This document shows positions 16,949 to 26,928 of a DNA stretch of 51,637 nt, piece by piece; the stretch's first letter is position 1; the number at the start of each line of letters is the position of its first letter. A program made the position numbers and the translations under genes. Below the pieces are notes generated by a model, which did not search any database, was not told the DNA's origin, and saw only the letters and a list, made by a program, of their open reading frames with translations. Origin of the DNA: a bacterium. GTDB lineage: Bacteria > Patescibacteriota > Microgenomatia > UBA8517. Location: the NCBI GenBank assembly GCA_021790215.1, contig JAJYIG010000002.1:1-51637 (forward strand), given 5' to 3'.

Positions 16949-19135
16949 CTATTCGGAAGTAATATCTATGGAGATATTCTTACTAACCCTGGGAAGAGTT
17001 CCAAATGGCCCAGGAAAGTGAGGGTTAATGCTTACATTGGCATGATCAAAACCCGGAATCGAATTCAAATAATTTTTGGCTACTGTCACAGTCTTGCCAG
17101 AAATATTATTAATTATTAGGTTATTATCAACTTGCGGCAGGAAGTTGGCACCAATTGTTACACTATAAACATAATTTCCACCCTGTTGACTCACAAATGT
17201 AAATTTATAGTCTACCTGGTCTCCCGGCAAATTATATCCAGGTGGGGATTTACCTTTCAAAACACTTTGCGCATATTGCAAAAGTTTTGATTTATCTGCA
17301 GCAATACCGGTTGTAGTAAGACTCAAGGATAATTTGAGACTATCTGCCTGATCTCCAATTTTGTGATCAAAGGCTTGATTGGTAATGTTTGTCGTAGCAA
17401 GACTATTAACAAAAATTTGGTCTGGTGCCACCTTGCCTGTGATGTCGTTAATGGCATTTTGGGAAAGTTCATTTTTCAAATCATTTTCCAAACTGGTTTG
17501 GTCATCCGTGCTAACAGCGGCGATTTCCTGGCTGCTTCCTCCAGAAAAATCAGCTGTTGAAGTTGCTGCAACAAGTGATCTCGAATAATTCCCAACACTG
17601 AAGACTTCGCCTTTTGCTAGATTATATTGAGATCCGATATCTCCCGCTGTTACATTTACATTTGCCGTTCCGGGCGAACCCGGAAGAAGCTGCCCCGAAA
17701 TGGAAGCTTCCGAATCTGTAACAAACCTTAAACCCCCGGAAGAAATCAAAACCGTTCCGGAAGCCAAATTTATTGGGGATCCGTTACCGTTTGCTATCTG
17801 AACACTTCCCGCAGCCTTATTCCCAATTAATTTCGTTCCTGAAGTTGCTTTCGTTTTATCACCTGAAACCTGATCGGTAATAACCTGAGCTGGAATAATT
17901 CCAGAGCCGATATCAAAGGTGCCATTTGGGCTAAAAGAAACTTGAACCGTTTGTTCAAACCTTTTTGGCGTTACAAAAACAGTAATCTTAGCTTTCGGGA
18001 AAAACCACCAAAAAATTCCGGCTGCCACAAGTGCTAAGACAAAAACGCCAAGTGCTATCCAAATTCCATTCCCTTCTGACTTCGGCTGGGAAATCTGATT
18101 ATTGAAAGATTTGGGAGAAAAAATCTTACTAGAAAAAGAATGAAGAACATCTTTTGTTTTTTGAATGTAATTACTGGACATCGGATGAGAAATTGGTTCC
18201 GGCATGACCGGAATAACATTTTGAACCTCGCTGCCTAAAGAAGAAACATCCTCACCTACACTGAAACCCAGCTCCTCCGCGCTTGATTCTTTTGTAAGGG
18301 GTTCATTATCTATCCGTTCCTTTTCTTCCTGAATTGGAGAAACTTCTTCCGGAGTACTCTCCATTGATCTAACTTGAGAGACGTTCCCAATCTCCGCAGC
18401 ACCTGCAAGCGAAACTGACAGAACTTTTCGATCCGGGCTTAATATCTCAGCCTTCGGCGTATGCAAAAATTTTATCTTTTCCATATTATCCCAGGATGCC
18501 TGAATCAAAGACTGTTTGGCTTCTTCCAATTCGCCTTCTTTACCGTTATAGACAATAAACCGCGACGGAAGCGGAACTGCCCCTTCAAATCTAGACAACC
18601 CTTCAGTCATGTCGTCAATCAGAGAAACACTTCTTGAAACCTGAGTTGTTCCAACCAGATTTCCCATTTTAAAAACAGATATTTCTAAAGACTCTCTCCC
18701 AAGCCCTAACACAATGGAACTCATTGGAGCTCCTTCTTCAGATTTATAAAGATGTGCAATAGCCTCAGGTAAAACCACAAAACCAACAGGCGTTAATGAA
18801 AGTTCTGTACAAAGCTTTTTGATTTTTGCCAGATATTCCTCAGCAATTTCCCCCTCCTTTACCCAAGAAGAACAAACACCAAAAACAGTTTTATCCGGCT
18901 CTTTGTAATTCTCAGGAAGCATCTGAACCGCCGAAGAAAGCGCCGCATCCGTAGCACCAACTAGTTCATCGTCACTCTCCCATGCTGCTCCGGGACTGAC
19001 ACTGACAACTTCAGCCGCACTCTCACCTATATACCAAATACCAGCTTGAACCCAGTCTTCTTCTATAACAAGCGACCAATAAAGTTCAGGTGGGTTGTCT
19101 CTATCTGCCAAAAAATCTTTAAGATTCATTTTCAA
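16949..19135 (-). CDS. Large bitopic membrane protein: cytoplasmic domain with a degenerate FtsA/PilM-like (actin-fold) pattern, one TM helix, and an extracytoplasmic domain of about 350 aa
   Basis: This is a 728-aa ORF. The N-terminal segment LSLTPVGFVVLPEAIAHLYKSEEGAPMSSIVLGLGRESLEISVFKMGNLVGTTQVSRSV follows the FtsA/PilM pattern (E..A.a......vvDiGggtT.i.v...G.l), but the phosphate-binding glycines are altered. The TM helix is IWIALGVFVLALVAAGIFWWFF, near residue 360. The C-terminal part is Ser/Thr/Gly-rich and looks beta-rich. Assignment of the fold is inference. Confidence 0.5.
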   Translation of the reverse strand: MKMNLKDFLADRDNPPELYWSLVIEEDWVQAGIWYIGESAAEVVSVSPGAAWESDDELVGATDAALSSAVQMLPENYKEPDKTVFGVCSSWVKEGEIAEEYLAKIKKLCTELSLTPVGFVVLPEAIAHLYKSEEGAPMSSIVLGLGRESLEISVFKMGNLVGTTQVSRSVSLIDDMTEGLSRFEGAVPLPSRFIVYNGKEGELEEAKQSLIQASWDNMEKIKFLHTPKAEILSPDRKVLSVSLAGAAEIGNVSQVRSMESTPEEVSPIQEEKERIDNEPLTKESSAEELGFSVGEDVSSLGSEVQNVIPVMPEPISHPMSSNYIQKTKDVLHSFSSKIFSPKSFNNQISQPKSEGNGIWIALGVFVLALVAAGIFWWFFPKAKITVFVTPKRFEQTVQVSFSPNGTFDIGSGIIPAQVITDQVSGDKTKATSGTKLIGNKAAGSVQIANGNGSPINLASGTVLISSGGLRFVTDSEASISGQLLPGSPGTANVNVTAGDIGSQYNLAKGEVFSVGNYSRSLVAATSTADFSGGSSQEIAAVSTDDQTSLENDLKNELSQNAINDITGKVAPDQIFVNSLATTNITNQAFDHKIGDQADSLKLSLSLTTTGIAADKSKLLQYAQSVLKGKSPPGYNLPGDQVDYKFTFVSQQGGNYVYSVTIGANFLPQVDNNLIINNISGKTVTVAKNYLNSIPGFDHANVSINPHFPGPFGTLPRVSKNISIDITSE

Positions 19136-19169
19136 GGACAGCGTATAGAAAACTATCGCAACACTATTT

Positions 19170-20987
19170 CTAAGTTGTCAGTGTTGCGTAAATTCGGATC
19201 ACTCCCGATCCGATTTTTTCTTGCTTAATTATTCTAACATGTCCTACCTCGCCGGAGTGCCCAACGTGCGGTCCACCACAAACTTCTTTGGAAAACCAAT
19301 CTCTTTTAGGATTACCAATTGCGTAAACTTTAACTTTCTCACCGTACTTTTCAGCAAAAAAATGTAGTGCTCCACTCTTAATCGCTTCGGGCAAACTCAT
19401 CACTTCAAAACTTACCGGGAGGTCTTCGTCTATTTTTTCATTTATCAAATTCTCAACATTTTTAAGCTCATCATCCGTGAGTTTGGACGGATGAGAAAAA
19501 TCAAACCGCAGTTTCTCAGAAGTAATGTGACTTCCTTTTTGTCCGACATGTTCACCTAAAATTTGCCTTAAAGCCGCGTGGAGAAGATGTGTAGCTGTGT
19601 GAAGTTTAGTCACCTCTGCATTAGATTTGCTTTCTAAACCACCCTTAAAAATACCTGCTGAGGTGGTTCTACTTAATTCTTTATGCTTTTCAAACTCAGA
19701 GGCAAAGGCATTTTTTTCTTCAGTGGAAAAATTTACGCCGTTCTGACCCAAAATCTCGATTGTTAGTTCAAGAGGAAATCCCTCCGTTTGATATAGATCA
19801 AAAGCAAATTTGCCGTTTATATCTTCTCCTTTGGAGACTGCAAAAGTTAGTCTGGCCAAGCCTCTTTTCAGAGCGGATTCAAACCTCACAGCTTCGCTCG
19901 ACAAATTTTCCTCAACAAACTGCCAGTTTTTATCAATATTTGGGTAATAATTCCGAAGGTCCTCCGCTACATGGGAAATTGCTCCTCCTGAGATACCGGC
20001 ACCAAGCAAATGAAAATGAAACATCGCACGTCTAATAAGGCGCCTTAAAACATAGCTTTGAAGTTTATTGCCGGGAATTATTCCTTCCGCAAGGAGGTTG
20101 CAGGAAGCCCTCAAATGATCCGCAATAATTCTAAAACTCCTGTCGCGTCCCGGATCCGCCCCATAATTTACCCCCACCTCTTCCTCAATTTTTTTAATGA
20201 TTCCGGAAAAAAGATCAATCTTAAAAATATCGGGATTTTCCCCGAGAGCCGCTGCGATTCTTTCTAAACCCCCTCCAAAATCAACATTTTTTTGCGGAAG
20301 CTCAACAAGTTTCCCATTCTTAGTCTTTTGATACTGCATAAAAACTGAGTTGCCGATTTCTAGGAATTTGCCGCAGTCGCAATTCGGATGACAAAACTTG
20401 CCAAATTTAGGGTCATGAGGAATATCCGGAAATTCGTAAAATATTTCGCTGTCGGGTCCTCCAATTTCTCCCTCTGGCATGGTGTCCGGAAAAGTACCAT
20501 TTCTCGCCCACCAATTCTTTTCAACCCCATAAAAATGAATGTGGTTTTCGGACACCCCAAGACTTTTCCAAATCTCCAAAGATTCCGAGTCTTTCGGTAC
20601 TTCAGAATTGCCCTCGAAAACGGTTACGTGAAGTCTTTTCGGATCAAATTCCATCTCTTTTGTAAAAAACTCCCAAACCCACGCCAGCTGTTCTTTCTTA
20701 AAATAATCACCCAAACTCCAATTACCAAGCATCTCAAAAAATGTATCGTGTCTTTTATCTCCAACCTCATCCAAATCCTGTAAACGAAGGGATGGTTGGA
20801 TGTCTACCAATCGAGTTCCTTCGGGATGTTTTTGACCCTTAAGATAAGGTACTAATTGCTGCATTCCACTTGAAGTAAAAAGAGTCGTCGGGTCGTTTTC
20901 CAAAACCAGAGGAGACGGGTCAATAATTTTGTGGCCCTTCTTAACAAAAAAATCAAGATATTTTTGTCTAATTTCAGATGTGGTCAT
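19170..20987 (-). CDS. alaS: Alanine--tRNA ligase, short form (catalytic, tRNA-binding and editing domains; no C-Ala domain)
   Basis: The 605-aa ORF has an AlaRS N-terminus (EIRQKYLDFFVKKGHKIIDPSPLV..., FEMLGNWSLGDYFK). It also has editing-site motifs (HTATHLLHAALRQILG, CGGPHV). It ends shortly after the editing domain. Confidence 0.9.
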   Translation of the reverse strand: MTTSEIRQKYLDFFVKKGHKIIDPSPLVLENDPTTLFTSSGMQQLVPYLKGQKHPEGTRLVDIQPSLRLQDLDEVGDKRHDTFFEMLGNWSLGDYFKKEQLAWVWEFFTKEMEFDPKRLHVTVFEGNSEVPKDSESLEIWKSLGVSENHIHFYGVEKNWWARNGTFPDTMPEGEIGGPDSEIFYEFPDIPHDPKFGKFCHPNCDCGKFLEIGNSVFMQYQKTKNGKLVELPQKNVDFGGGLERIAAALGENPDIFKIDLFSGIIKKIEEEVGVNYGADPGRDRSFRIIADHLRASCNLLAEGIIPGNKLQSYVLRRLIRRAMFHFHLLGAGISGGAISHVAEDLRNYYPNIDKNWQFVEENLSSEAVRFESALKRGLARLTFAVSKGEDINGKFAFDLYQTEGFPLELTIEILGQNGVNFSTEEKNAFASEFEKHKELSRTTSAGIFKGGLESKSNAEVTKLHTATHLLHAALRQILGEHVGQKGSHITSEKLRFDFSHPSKLTDDELKNVENLINEKIDEDLPVSFEVMSLPEAIKSGALHFFAEKYGEKVKVYAIGNPKRDWFSKEVCGGPHVGHSGEVGHVRIIKQEKIGSGVIRIYATLTT

Positions 20988-21038
20988 GCCTAAGTATAAT
21001 ACAATTTGAGGTCTAATGTGGGAATCTAAACCTAATTT

Positions 21039-21275
21039 CTAACTCCCTCCATGAGTTTCCAATTTCTTCCCTTTATGGAGGATTTCCAGAACAGAAGTTA
21101 GCTTTTCCGGCCGGATTAAGCCTCCACCCAAAATTGCATCCTCCAAAATCGAATTGAGCCTTTTAATGGCACGCCTCAAATCAATAATAATAAGCATTAC
21201 TTGCATACCAACTATTACCAGTAGGAGTGTCAGGCTGATAACCACTATTACTAACAATGTTTGAACGGAATCCAT
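21039..21275 (-). CDS. Small membrane protein (N-terminal TM helix plus short helical tail)
   Basis: The 78-aa ORF contains TLLVIVVISLTLLLVIVGMQVMLIII followed by a charged helix. It is tightly packed downstream of the RodZ-like gene. Confidence 0.5.
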   Translation of the reverse strand: MDSVQTLLVIVVISLTLLLVIVGMQVMLIIIDLRRAIKRLNSILEDAILGGGLIRPEKLTSVLEILHKGKKLETHGGS

Positions 21276-21283
21276 TTTAGTTA

Positions 21284-21913
21284 TTATTTATTTGTAACCG
21301 TGATATCTCTTTTTACTTCTGTTATTTTACCAGATCTACTGGTAGCAATAACATCTATTTCTTTTGTATCCTGGGAAACCCCGAGACTCACGGAAAATTT
21401 GCCATCTTGGTTAACTATTATCGGCTGGTCATTCACTGTTATTTTTGCATCGTAATCCGTTGAGCCAAAAACCAATACGGATACGCCTGCTATCTGTTGA
21501 CTTTCTTGGGGACTATCAACCTCAAGAGCCGGAGGGGAAATAAATCTCTTGTACTGGAATCCCAAATAACTCAAGATCGCAAAAACAACCACCACTATCC
21601 CGATTGTGAAAGTCAGTTTCGGACTCCAGAAAAACTTTCTACCCACGTCCGGTTTAGGGTTAATATTAACTAAACTTTTTGGGGGATAATCACGTTTGAG
21701 AACGGCAACAGCATTTTTTTCGTTAAGCTCCAGTACTCCGGCCAAACTTTTTACAAAACCCAAAACGGTTGAGAATGGCGGGAGTGCCTGCCACCTTTCT
21801 TTTTCTATTGCCTCAATAAAATTTTTCTTTATTTTGGTAATTTCCTCGAGGTCATCAAAAGAATAATTTTTTGCAATGCGGGCAGATCTTATTATTTGTC
21901 CAATCGTCTTCAT
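21284..21913 (-). CDS. RodZ-like HTH (XRE-type) membrane protein
   Basis: The 209-aa ORF has the N-terminal sequence IGQIIRSARIAKNYSFDDLEEITKIKKNFIEAIEKERWQALP, a RodZ/HTH_25 pattern. It also has a central TM helix and a C-terminal beta-rich domain. Confidence 0.65.
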   Translation of the reverse strand: MKTIGQIIRSARIAKNYSFDDLEEITKIKKNFIEAIEKERWQALPPFSTVLGFVKSLAGVLELNEKNAVAVLKRDYPPKSLVNINPKPDVGRKFFWSPKLTFTIGIVVVVFAILSYLGFQYKRFISPPALEVDSPQESQQIAGVSVLVFGSTDYDAKITVNDQPIIVNQDGKFSVSLGVSQDTKEIDVIATSRSGKITEVKRDITVTNK

Positions 21914-21949
21914 TTGTTTTCGTTGTCCCGAACTCGCTTCAGGATTTTA

Positions 21950-24073
21950 CTATTGTTGTGTGGGTTGATTTCCAAAACTCGCGAGAAACTCCTCTGCATT
22001 TTGTACCAAAACCTCTCGGGGTTTACTGCTTCCATCGCTTGGACTTATGACACCGGCCTCCTCAAGCTGGTCGATAATTCTGGCAGCTCTTGCATAACCA
22101 ATAGAAAGTCTCCGCTGCAAAAGCGATGCCGACGCCCTATCATATTGGCAGACTACTGTAACGGCATTCTTAAAAAGTTCGTCTGTATTTCCTCCGACTC
22201 CGGGAACTGTTATTGTTCCGGGCTTAGCCATTGTTGTAACTTCCTCGGTATACTGAGGAGTCACTCCCTGATTTCTGAGAAAATTAACTAAGGCTGTAAC
22301 CTCCTTGTCATTTACAAAAGCTCCCTGAATTCTCATCGGCTTCGCCTGTTCGGGAGGCAAATAAAGCATATCCCCTTTCCCCAAAAGCTTCTCTGCTCCT
22401 TGAGTATCCAATATAACACGAGAGTCAATCTGGGAGGCTACAGCAAATGCAATACGTGAAGGAATATTGGCTTTGATAAGACCTGTAATAACATCTACCG
22501 AAGGTCTTTGAGTGGCAAGAACCATATGGATTCCTGTAGCCCTGCTCATCTGTGCAATTCTTGTGATGGAATCTTCCACCTCAACCGGTGAAAAAAGCAT
22601 GATATCCGCAAGTTCATCAATAAAAAGAACTATATAAGGGAGTGCCTGAAAACCTGTCGTTTCATTATACGAATCAATGTTCCTGGCTCCTGCTTCTGCA
22701 AAAAGTTTATAACGTCTATCCATTTCCGCCATAATCCAACGAAGAGCATTAACCACTTTTTCAGGTTCAACAATTACAGGAGAAAGAAGATGCGGAATGC
22801 CGTTATAGTGAGTTAATTCCACCCTTTTAGGGTCAACCAGAATAAGCTTGACCTCACTTGGCGAAGCACGAAAGAGAAGAGAGTTAAGGAAGGCATTTAT
22901 ACAAACACTTTTTCCGGATCCAGTTTGACCAGCTATAAGGATATGGGGCATCCTGGCAATATCGGCCACAATCGGCTTTCCTGAAACATCCAACCCCAAA
23001 GAAACCACAAGCTTGGATTTTGCACTGCGCATCTCATCAGATTCCATCATCTTCCTTAGAGGTACAAACTCTGCAGATCTATTTGGTAGTTCAATTCCTA
23101 CCAAACTCCTTCCTGGAATAGGAGCTTCGATCCTGATGGTTCCCGTCGGAGCGGCTAGAGCCAGTGCTAAATCGCGCTCAAGCGCTGTAATCTTACTAAG
23201 TTTGGTGCCAAGTGCTACCTCCAACGCGTATTGGGTAACAGCAGGACCAAGATTAACCTCAACCACCCTCGCAGTAATTCCAAAAGATTCCAGAGTCTTC
23301 TCAATGATATCGGCATTGCCTTTAATATCTCCTCTTTCCGCCTTCCCAGTTTCCACATCAGAAAGAAGGTCAAGACTCGGATATTTCCAGATAAGATCCT
23401 GCCCGGGAATATTACTTACGAGCTTTTGTTCCAAAGGTTCTTTTGCCTCAATTGGTGTATTTACACCAGCATCAAGAGGTTGTTTGCCGGAACTGGGTCT
23501 TTGAAAAATATTTCCGCCGGATACCTTCATCTGAGCTTTAGAAAGACCTGCACCCCCAATTTTTATACGATTATCACTTTTTATATAACCACGGGCTGAC
23601 CCAAACATTGTTGTTAAAAATTTATAAACCTGATCAAATGACGTATCAAAAAGAACAATCAGGCCAACAAGTGCGATGCCAAGGAATATTATTGCTGCAC
23701 CGACCTGGGTGATTAGTACAGCAATCGAATCCCAAATCCCAATTCCGACCACTCCCGCTCTCCCCAATGCAGATAATGATATAAAAAAAAGTAGACCCCC
23801 AACAATCACATTGGGTCGGCCCAAGATAAACTTAACCTTAGAAAGAAGAAAGGCAAAAGATAGGAAAATAAAAGGCAGAAAAAATGAAGCCCAGGAAAAA
23901 TATTTCAAAAGCAGATTATTAAAATCTAAAAGGGCGGCTCCCTGCCGGGAAAAAGAAATTAGGATTAGCCCGGCAACGGCAAAAAAGAATATTTGAGAGA
24001 TGGAAAACACCGTACCCTTTTTGAGTTTTAGCCTAAAAGCCCGTTTTGTAAATCTCTTTCTTTTTTTTGCCAT
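21950..24073 (-). CDS. ftsK: DNA translocase FtsK/SpoIIIE
   Basis: The 707-aa ORF has N-terminal TM helices, Walker A (IAGQTGSGKSVCIN), Walker B (LFIDELADIM) and a C-terminal gamma-like winged helix (ASASLLQRRLSIGYARAARIIDQLEEAGVI). Confidence 0.93.
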   Translation of the reverse strand: MAKKRKRFTKRAFRLKLKKGTVFSISQIFFFAVAGLILISFSRQGAALLDFNNLLLKYFSWASFFLPFIFLSFAFLLSKVKFILGRPNVIVGGLLFFISLSALGRAGVVGIGIWDSIAVLITQVGAAIIFLGIALVGLIVLFDTSFDQVYKFLTTMFGSARGYIKSDNRIKIGGAGLSKAQMKVSGGNIFQRPSSGKQPLDAGVNTPIEAKEPLEQKLVSNIPGQDLIWKYPSLDLLSDVETGKAERGDIKGNADIIEKTLESFGITARVVEVNLGPAVTQYALEVALGTKLSKITALERDLALALAAPTGTIRIEAPIPGRSLVGIELPNRSAEFVPLRKMMESDEMRSAKSKLVVSLGLDVSGKPIVADIARMPHILIAGQTGSGKSVCINAFLNSLLFRASPSEVKLILVDPKRVELTHYNGIPHLLSPVIVEPEKVVNALRWIMAEMDRRYKLFAEAGARNIDSYNETTGFQALPYIVLFIDELADIMLFSPVEVEDSITRIAQMSRATGIHMVLATQRPSVDVITGLIKANIPSRIAFAVASQIDSRVILDTQGAEKLLGKGDMLYLPPEQAKPMRIQGAFVNDKEVTALVNFLRNQGVTPQYTEEVTTMAKPGTITVPGVGGNTDELFKNAVTVVCQYDRASASLLQRRLSIGYARAARIIDQLEEAGVISPSDGSSKPREVLVQNAEEFLASFGNQPTQQ

Positions 24074-24130
24074 GGACAGTTCAATTATAACGTATTCCGA
24101 AAAATCGCAGGCAGTGAGTAGATAAAAAAA

Positions 24131-25807
24131 TTAAATCTTTACTACTACCGGCAGGATCATCGGTCTCCTCCTGGTCTTATCATAAAAATACTTCTCTAAA
24201 AACTTTATTACCTCGGCTTTTATACTAGACTTGTCGTTTAGTCTGTTCCTCTTCATCGCCTCAGCTAAAGCCTTTGAAGCTTCAGTCAGCACCTCCCCAT
24301 ATTTCTGTTCAAACACGAACCCACGACTGACCGTCTCGGGTTGGCCCAAAAGCCTTCCGTTTTGATCAATCTCTATCCCCACAACAACAACCCCTTCTTT
24401 GCCCAAGATGGTCCTGTCTTCCAAAACAACTTTTCCGATATCACCGATTCCGTAGCCGTGAACTAAAACTTCTTTGACCGGAATTTTTTCACCCCGGGCT
24501 GCATTTCCATTCTCAAAGACAACACTCTCCCCGGGCTTAAGTCTAAAAACATTTTCCCTTCTGTTGCCTAATGACACAACTAGCTTCTCATAAGAAAGCA
24601 TGTATCTGATTGTTCCTCCTGTAGGAATAAAATATTTAGGTTTTACGATCTTGAAAAGCTCTTTGATATCTTCTTGGCCGCCGTGTCCGGAAACGTGCAA
24701 ACCCTCATTCAAATCGTAATAGTGTACATCAACCCCCTTATCCGTCAATTGATCAACAATAAGATCTTCGCTTTCTTTGGAATAGGCCGGGCCGGGGTCT
24801 GCCGAAAAAATAAATGTGTCACCTGGGTTTATTTTTACCCTGTCATGCTCATCAAAAGCGAGTCTATATACAGAGCTTCCAATTTGTCCGTAACAACCCG
24901 CAATAATATACATTATTTGGTTCGGCCTAAATTCCTCCGCCTCTTTGAAATCAATTATCTGATTGGGTAAATATTTCAGATAACCCAGGTTATATGCTAT
25001 CTCAATTTTGCTCTGTACGGATCTCCCAACCAATACAACTTTTCTACCGACTCTTTGTGCCACATTAATCATTTGTTGAAATCTGCCAATACTGGAAGAA
25101 ATGGCTGTCATATAAACAGCCTGTCTTGAATCTTTTATAATCTTAAACATGTTTTCCTCTATCCCCACACCGCTCGGAGTAAATCCCGGCTCGTTTGATC
25201 CCAGACAGTCTGACATCAAGCAAAGAATATTCCCCTGAGCAGCTAAGCTTTTGGCTTTGGGTATATCAAAAGACATTCCATCAACCGAAGTTTGATCCAT
25301 CTTGTGTTCTGCCACATGGAAAATCCTTCCCTGAGAAGTATCGATTGCAAAACCAACAGTATCCGGAACGGAATGGGTTACGCGGAAAGGGTTGATTCTG
25401 AATGGACCAATATTAAAAACATCCTTGTCCGGATTAAAAGTATTTATATGATAATTCCTTACCCTGTAATCTTTGAATTTTACTTTCAAAAATTCTGTAA
25501 CTATGGGGGTACACCAAATGGGCGCATTTACCTCTTTGAGTAAAAAAGGTAGTGCACCAACATGGTCATCGTGTCCTTGGGAAAGAAGAATTCCCCTGAG
25601 TTTATTTTTGTTGCGTATAATGTAGGAAAAATCCGGAAGAACAAGCTCCACACCCGGCATTTCCAAATCGGGAAATCCCACCCCACAATCAACTATCATC
25701 ATGTCGTTACCTGATTCGTAAACGTAAAGATTTTCGGTAACATCCGTAGTACCGGAAAGGGCAATAAATTTTAAACTATTTTTTTGATTATTCATTTTGT
25801 CAGTCAA
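24131..25807 (-). CDS. rnj: Ribonuclease J (metallo-beta-lactamase / beta-CASP)
   Basis: The 558-aa ORF contains MIVDCGVGFPD...GVELVLPDFSYI and the SQGHDDHVGALP motif, with RNase J architecture. Confidence 0.88.
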   Translation of the reverse strand: MTDKMNNQKNSLKFIALSGTTDVTENLYVYESGNDMMIVDCGVGFPDLEMPGVELVLPDFSYIIRNKNKLRGILLSQGHDDHVGALPFLLKEVNAPIWCTPIVTEFLKVKFKDYRVRNYHINTFNPDKDVFNIGPFRINPFRVTHSVPDTVGFAIDTSQGRIFHVAEHKMDQTSVDGMSFDIPKAKSLAAQGNILCLMSDCLGSNEPGFTPSGVGIEENMFKIIKDSRQAVYMTAISSSIGRFQQMINVAQRVGRKVVLVGRSVQSKIEIAYNLGYLKYLPNQIIDFKEAEEFRPNQIMYIIAGCYGQIGSSVYRLAFDEHDRVKINPGDTFIFSADPGPAYSKESEDLIVDQLTDKGVDVHYYDLNEGLHVSGHGGQEDIKELFKIVKPKYFIPTGGTIRYMLSYEKLVVSLGNRRENVFRLKPGESVVFENGNAARGEKIPVKEVLVHGYGIGDIGKVVLEDRTILGKEGVVVVGIEIDQNGRLLGQPETVSRGFVFEQKYGEVLTEASKALAEAMKRNRLNDKSSIKAEVIKFLEKYFYDKTRRRPMILPVVVKI

Positions 25808-25808
25808 C

Positions 25809-26447
25809 TTAAACCAAAGACATCTGTTCCGGAGTTTTACCAGAGTCCTTCTCAGACGTTTTATTCTTTTTCTCTTCCTGAGCCTGCTTCAAAATTTCCG
25901 AAAGCTTTTTAAAATCCTCTTTGAAAAGGAACATTACATTACCATTCCGTAGTGCCGCGGCCGGATGATACATCGGAACTACAGTAATTTCTTTGCCGTT
26001 CCAGTTTACCTTATGAGTGTTCCCATGAATAGAGGAAATGTATGTCCCCGGCAAAAATTTCCCCATTGAAAAGCGCCCGAGGGTGACGATAATTTTCGGA
26101 TCAATAATTTTTATAATCTCATCAAGATATTTTCCGTAGGCAGCAATTTCTGAAGGTTCAGGATCTCTATTTTCCGGAGGTCGGTGATGAACAACATTTG
26201 TTATGTAAACACTTTCCCTCGCCAGACTAATCACACGAAGAACTTGATCCAACAGTTTTCCCGCGTTACCCACAAAGGGTTCCCCCTTCACGTCTTCCCA
26301 ATAACCCGGCCCTTCCCCGATAAATAAAATCTCAGTTTCCGGATTTCCGACACCAAAAACAAGCCTCGTTGCCCCTTTCTTCAGGGGAAGCGAATCGTCT
26401 GCCTCCATCTTTTTCTTGAGTTCTTGTAATTTTTCAGTTTTGTTCAT
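25809..26447 (-). CDS. Uracil-DNA glycosylase, family 4
   Basis: The 212-aa ORF contains GEGPGYWEDVKGEPFVGNAGKLLDQVL and a HPAAALR-type C-terminal motif. Confidence 0.85.
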   Translation of the reverse strand: MNKTEKLQELKKKMEADDSLPLKKGATRLVFGVGNPETEILFIGEGPGYWEDVKGEPFVGNAGKLLDQVLRVISLARESVYITNVVHHRPPENRDPEPSEIAAYGKYLDEIIKIIDPKIIVTLGRFSMGKFLPGTYISSIHGNTHKVNWNGKEITVVPMYHPAAALRNGNVMFLFKEDFKKLSEILKQAQEEKKNKTSEKDSGKTPEQMSLV

Positions 26448-26916
26448 CGTTGATAAATTCTATTTTACCAGACTCGGTATCGTAAACGGCAAAGTTAATC
26501 CCTTGGACAATTGCGCCGGGTCGGATAATTTTAATCTGCGTTTGACTACTCTCATATTTAGAATGCAAATGTCCGCAAAAAATTACGTCCAATTTTTCCC
26601 CTATAAAATATTTTTTAATATCCGACGGTCTATGTGTCACCCCAATTTTTCTCCCCCCAAGCTCAAATTCCAAGAAGTCTTCTGCAAATCTTTTACCTTT
26701 AACCTTTAACCTGTCACCAACCTCCGGTCTTACGTCCGCATTTCCCAAAACTGCATAAAGAGGAATTCTGGATGAAAGTACCATATCAACTGTCTCAAGA
26801 GTATTCCAATCTCCGCAATGAATTATCGCTTTTGCTCCGATTTTTTTAGCAAAACCCATAACATGTTTGAGGTTTGCAATGTGTCCGTGGGAATCAGAGA
26901 TTATCAATATCTTCAC
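26434..26916 (-). CDS. YfcE/MJ0936-family metallophosphoesterase
   Basis: The 160-aa ORF contains MKILIISDSHGH, HCGDW and FCGHLH metal-ligand motifs. Its stop overlaps the UDG start by 14 nt. Confidence 0.8.
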   Translation of the reverse strand: MKILIISDSHGHIANLKHVMGFAKKIGAKAIIHCGDWNTLETVDMVLSSRIPLYAVLGNADVRPEVGDRLKVKGKRFAEDFLEFELGGRKIGVTHRPSDIKKYFIGEKLDVIFCGHLHSKYESSQTQIKIIRPGAIVQGINFAVYDTESGKIEFINDEQN

Positions 26917-26928
26917 TCGTCAATTGTA

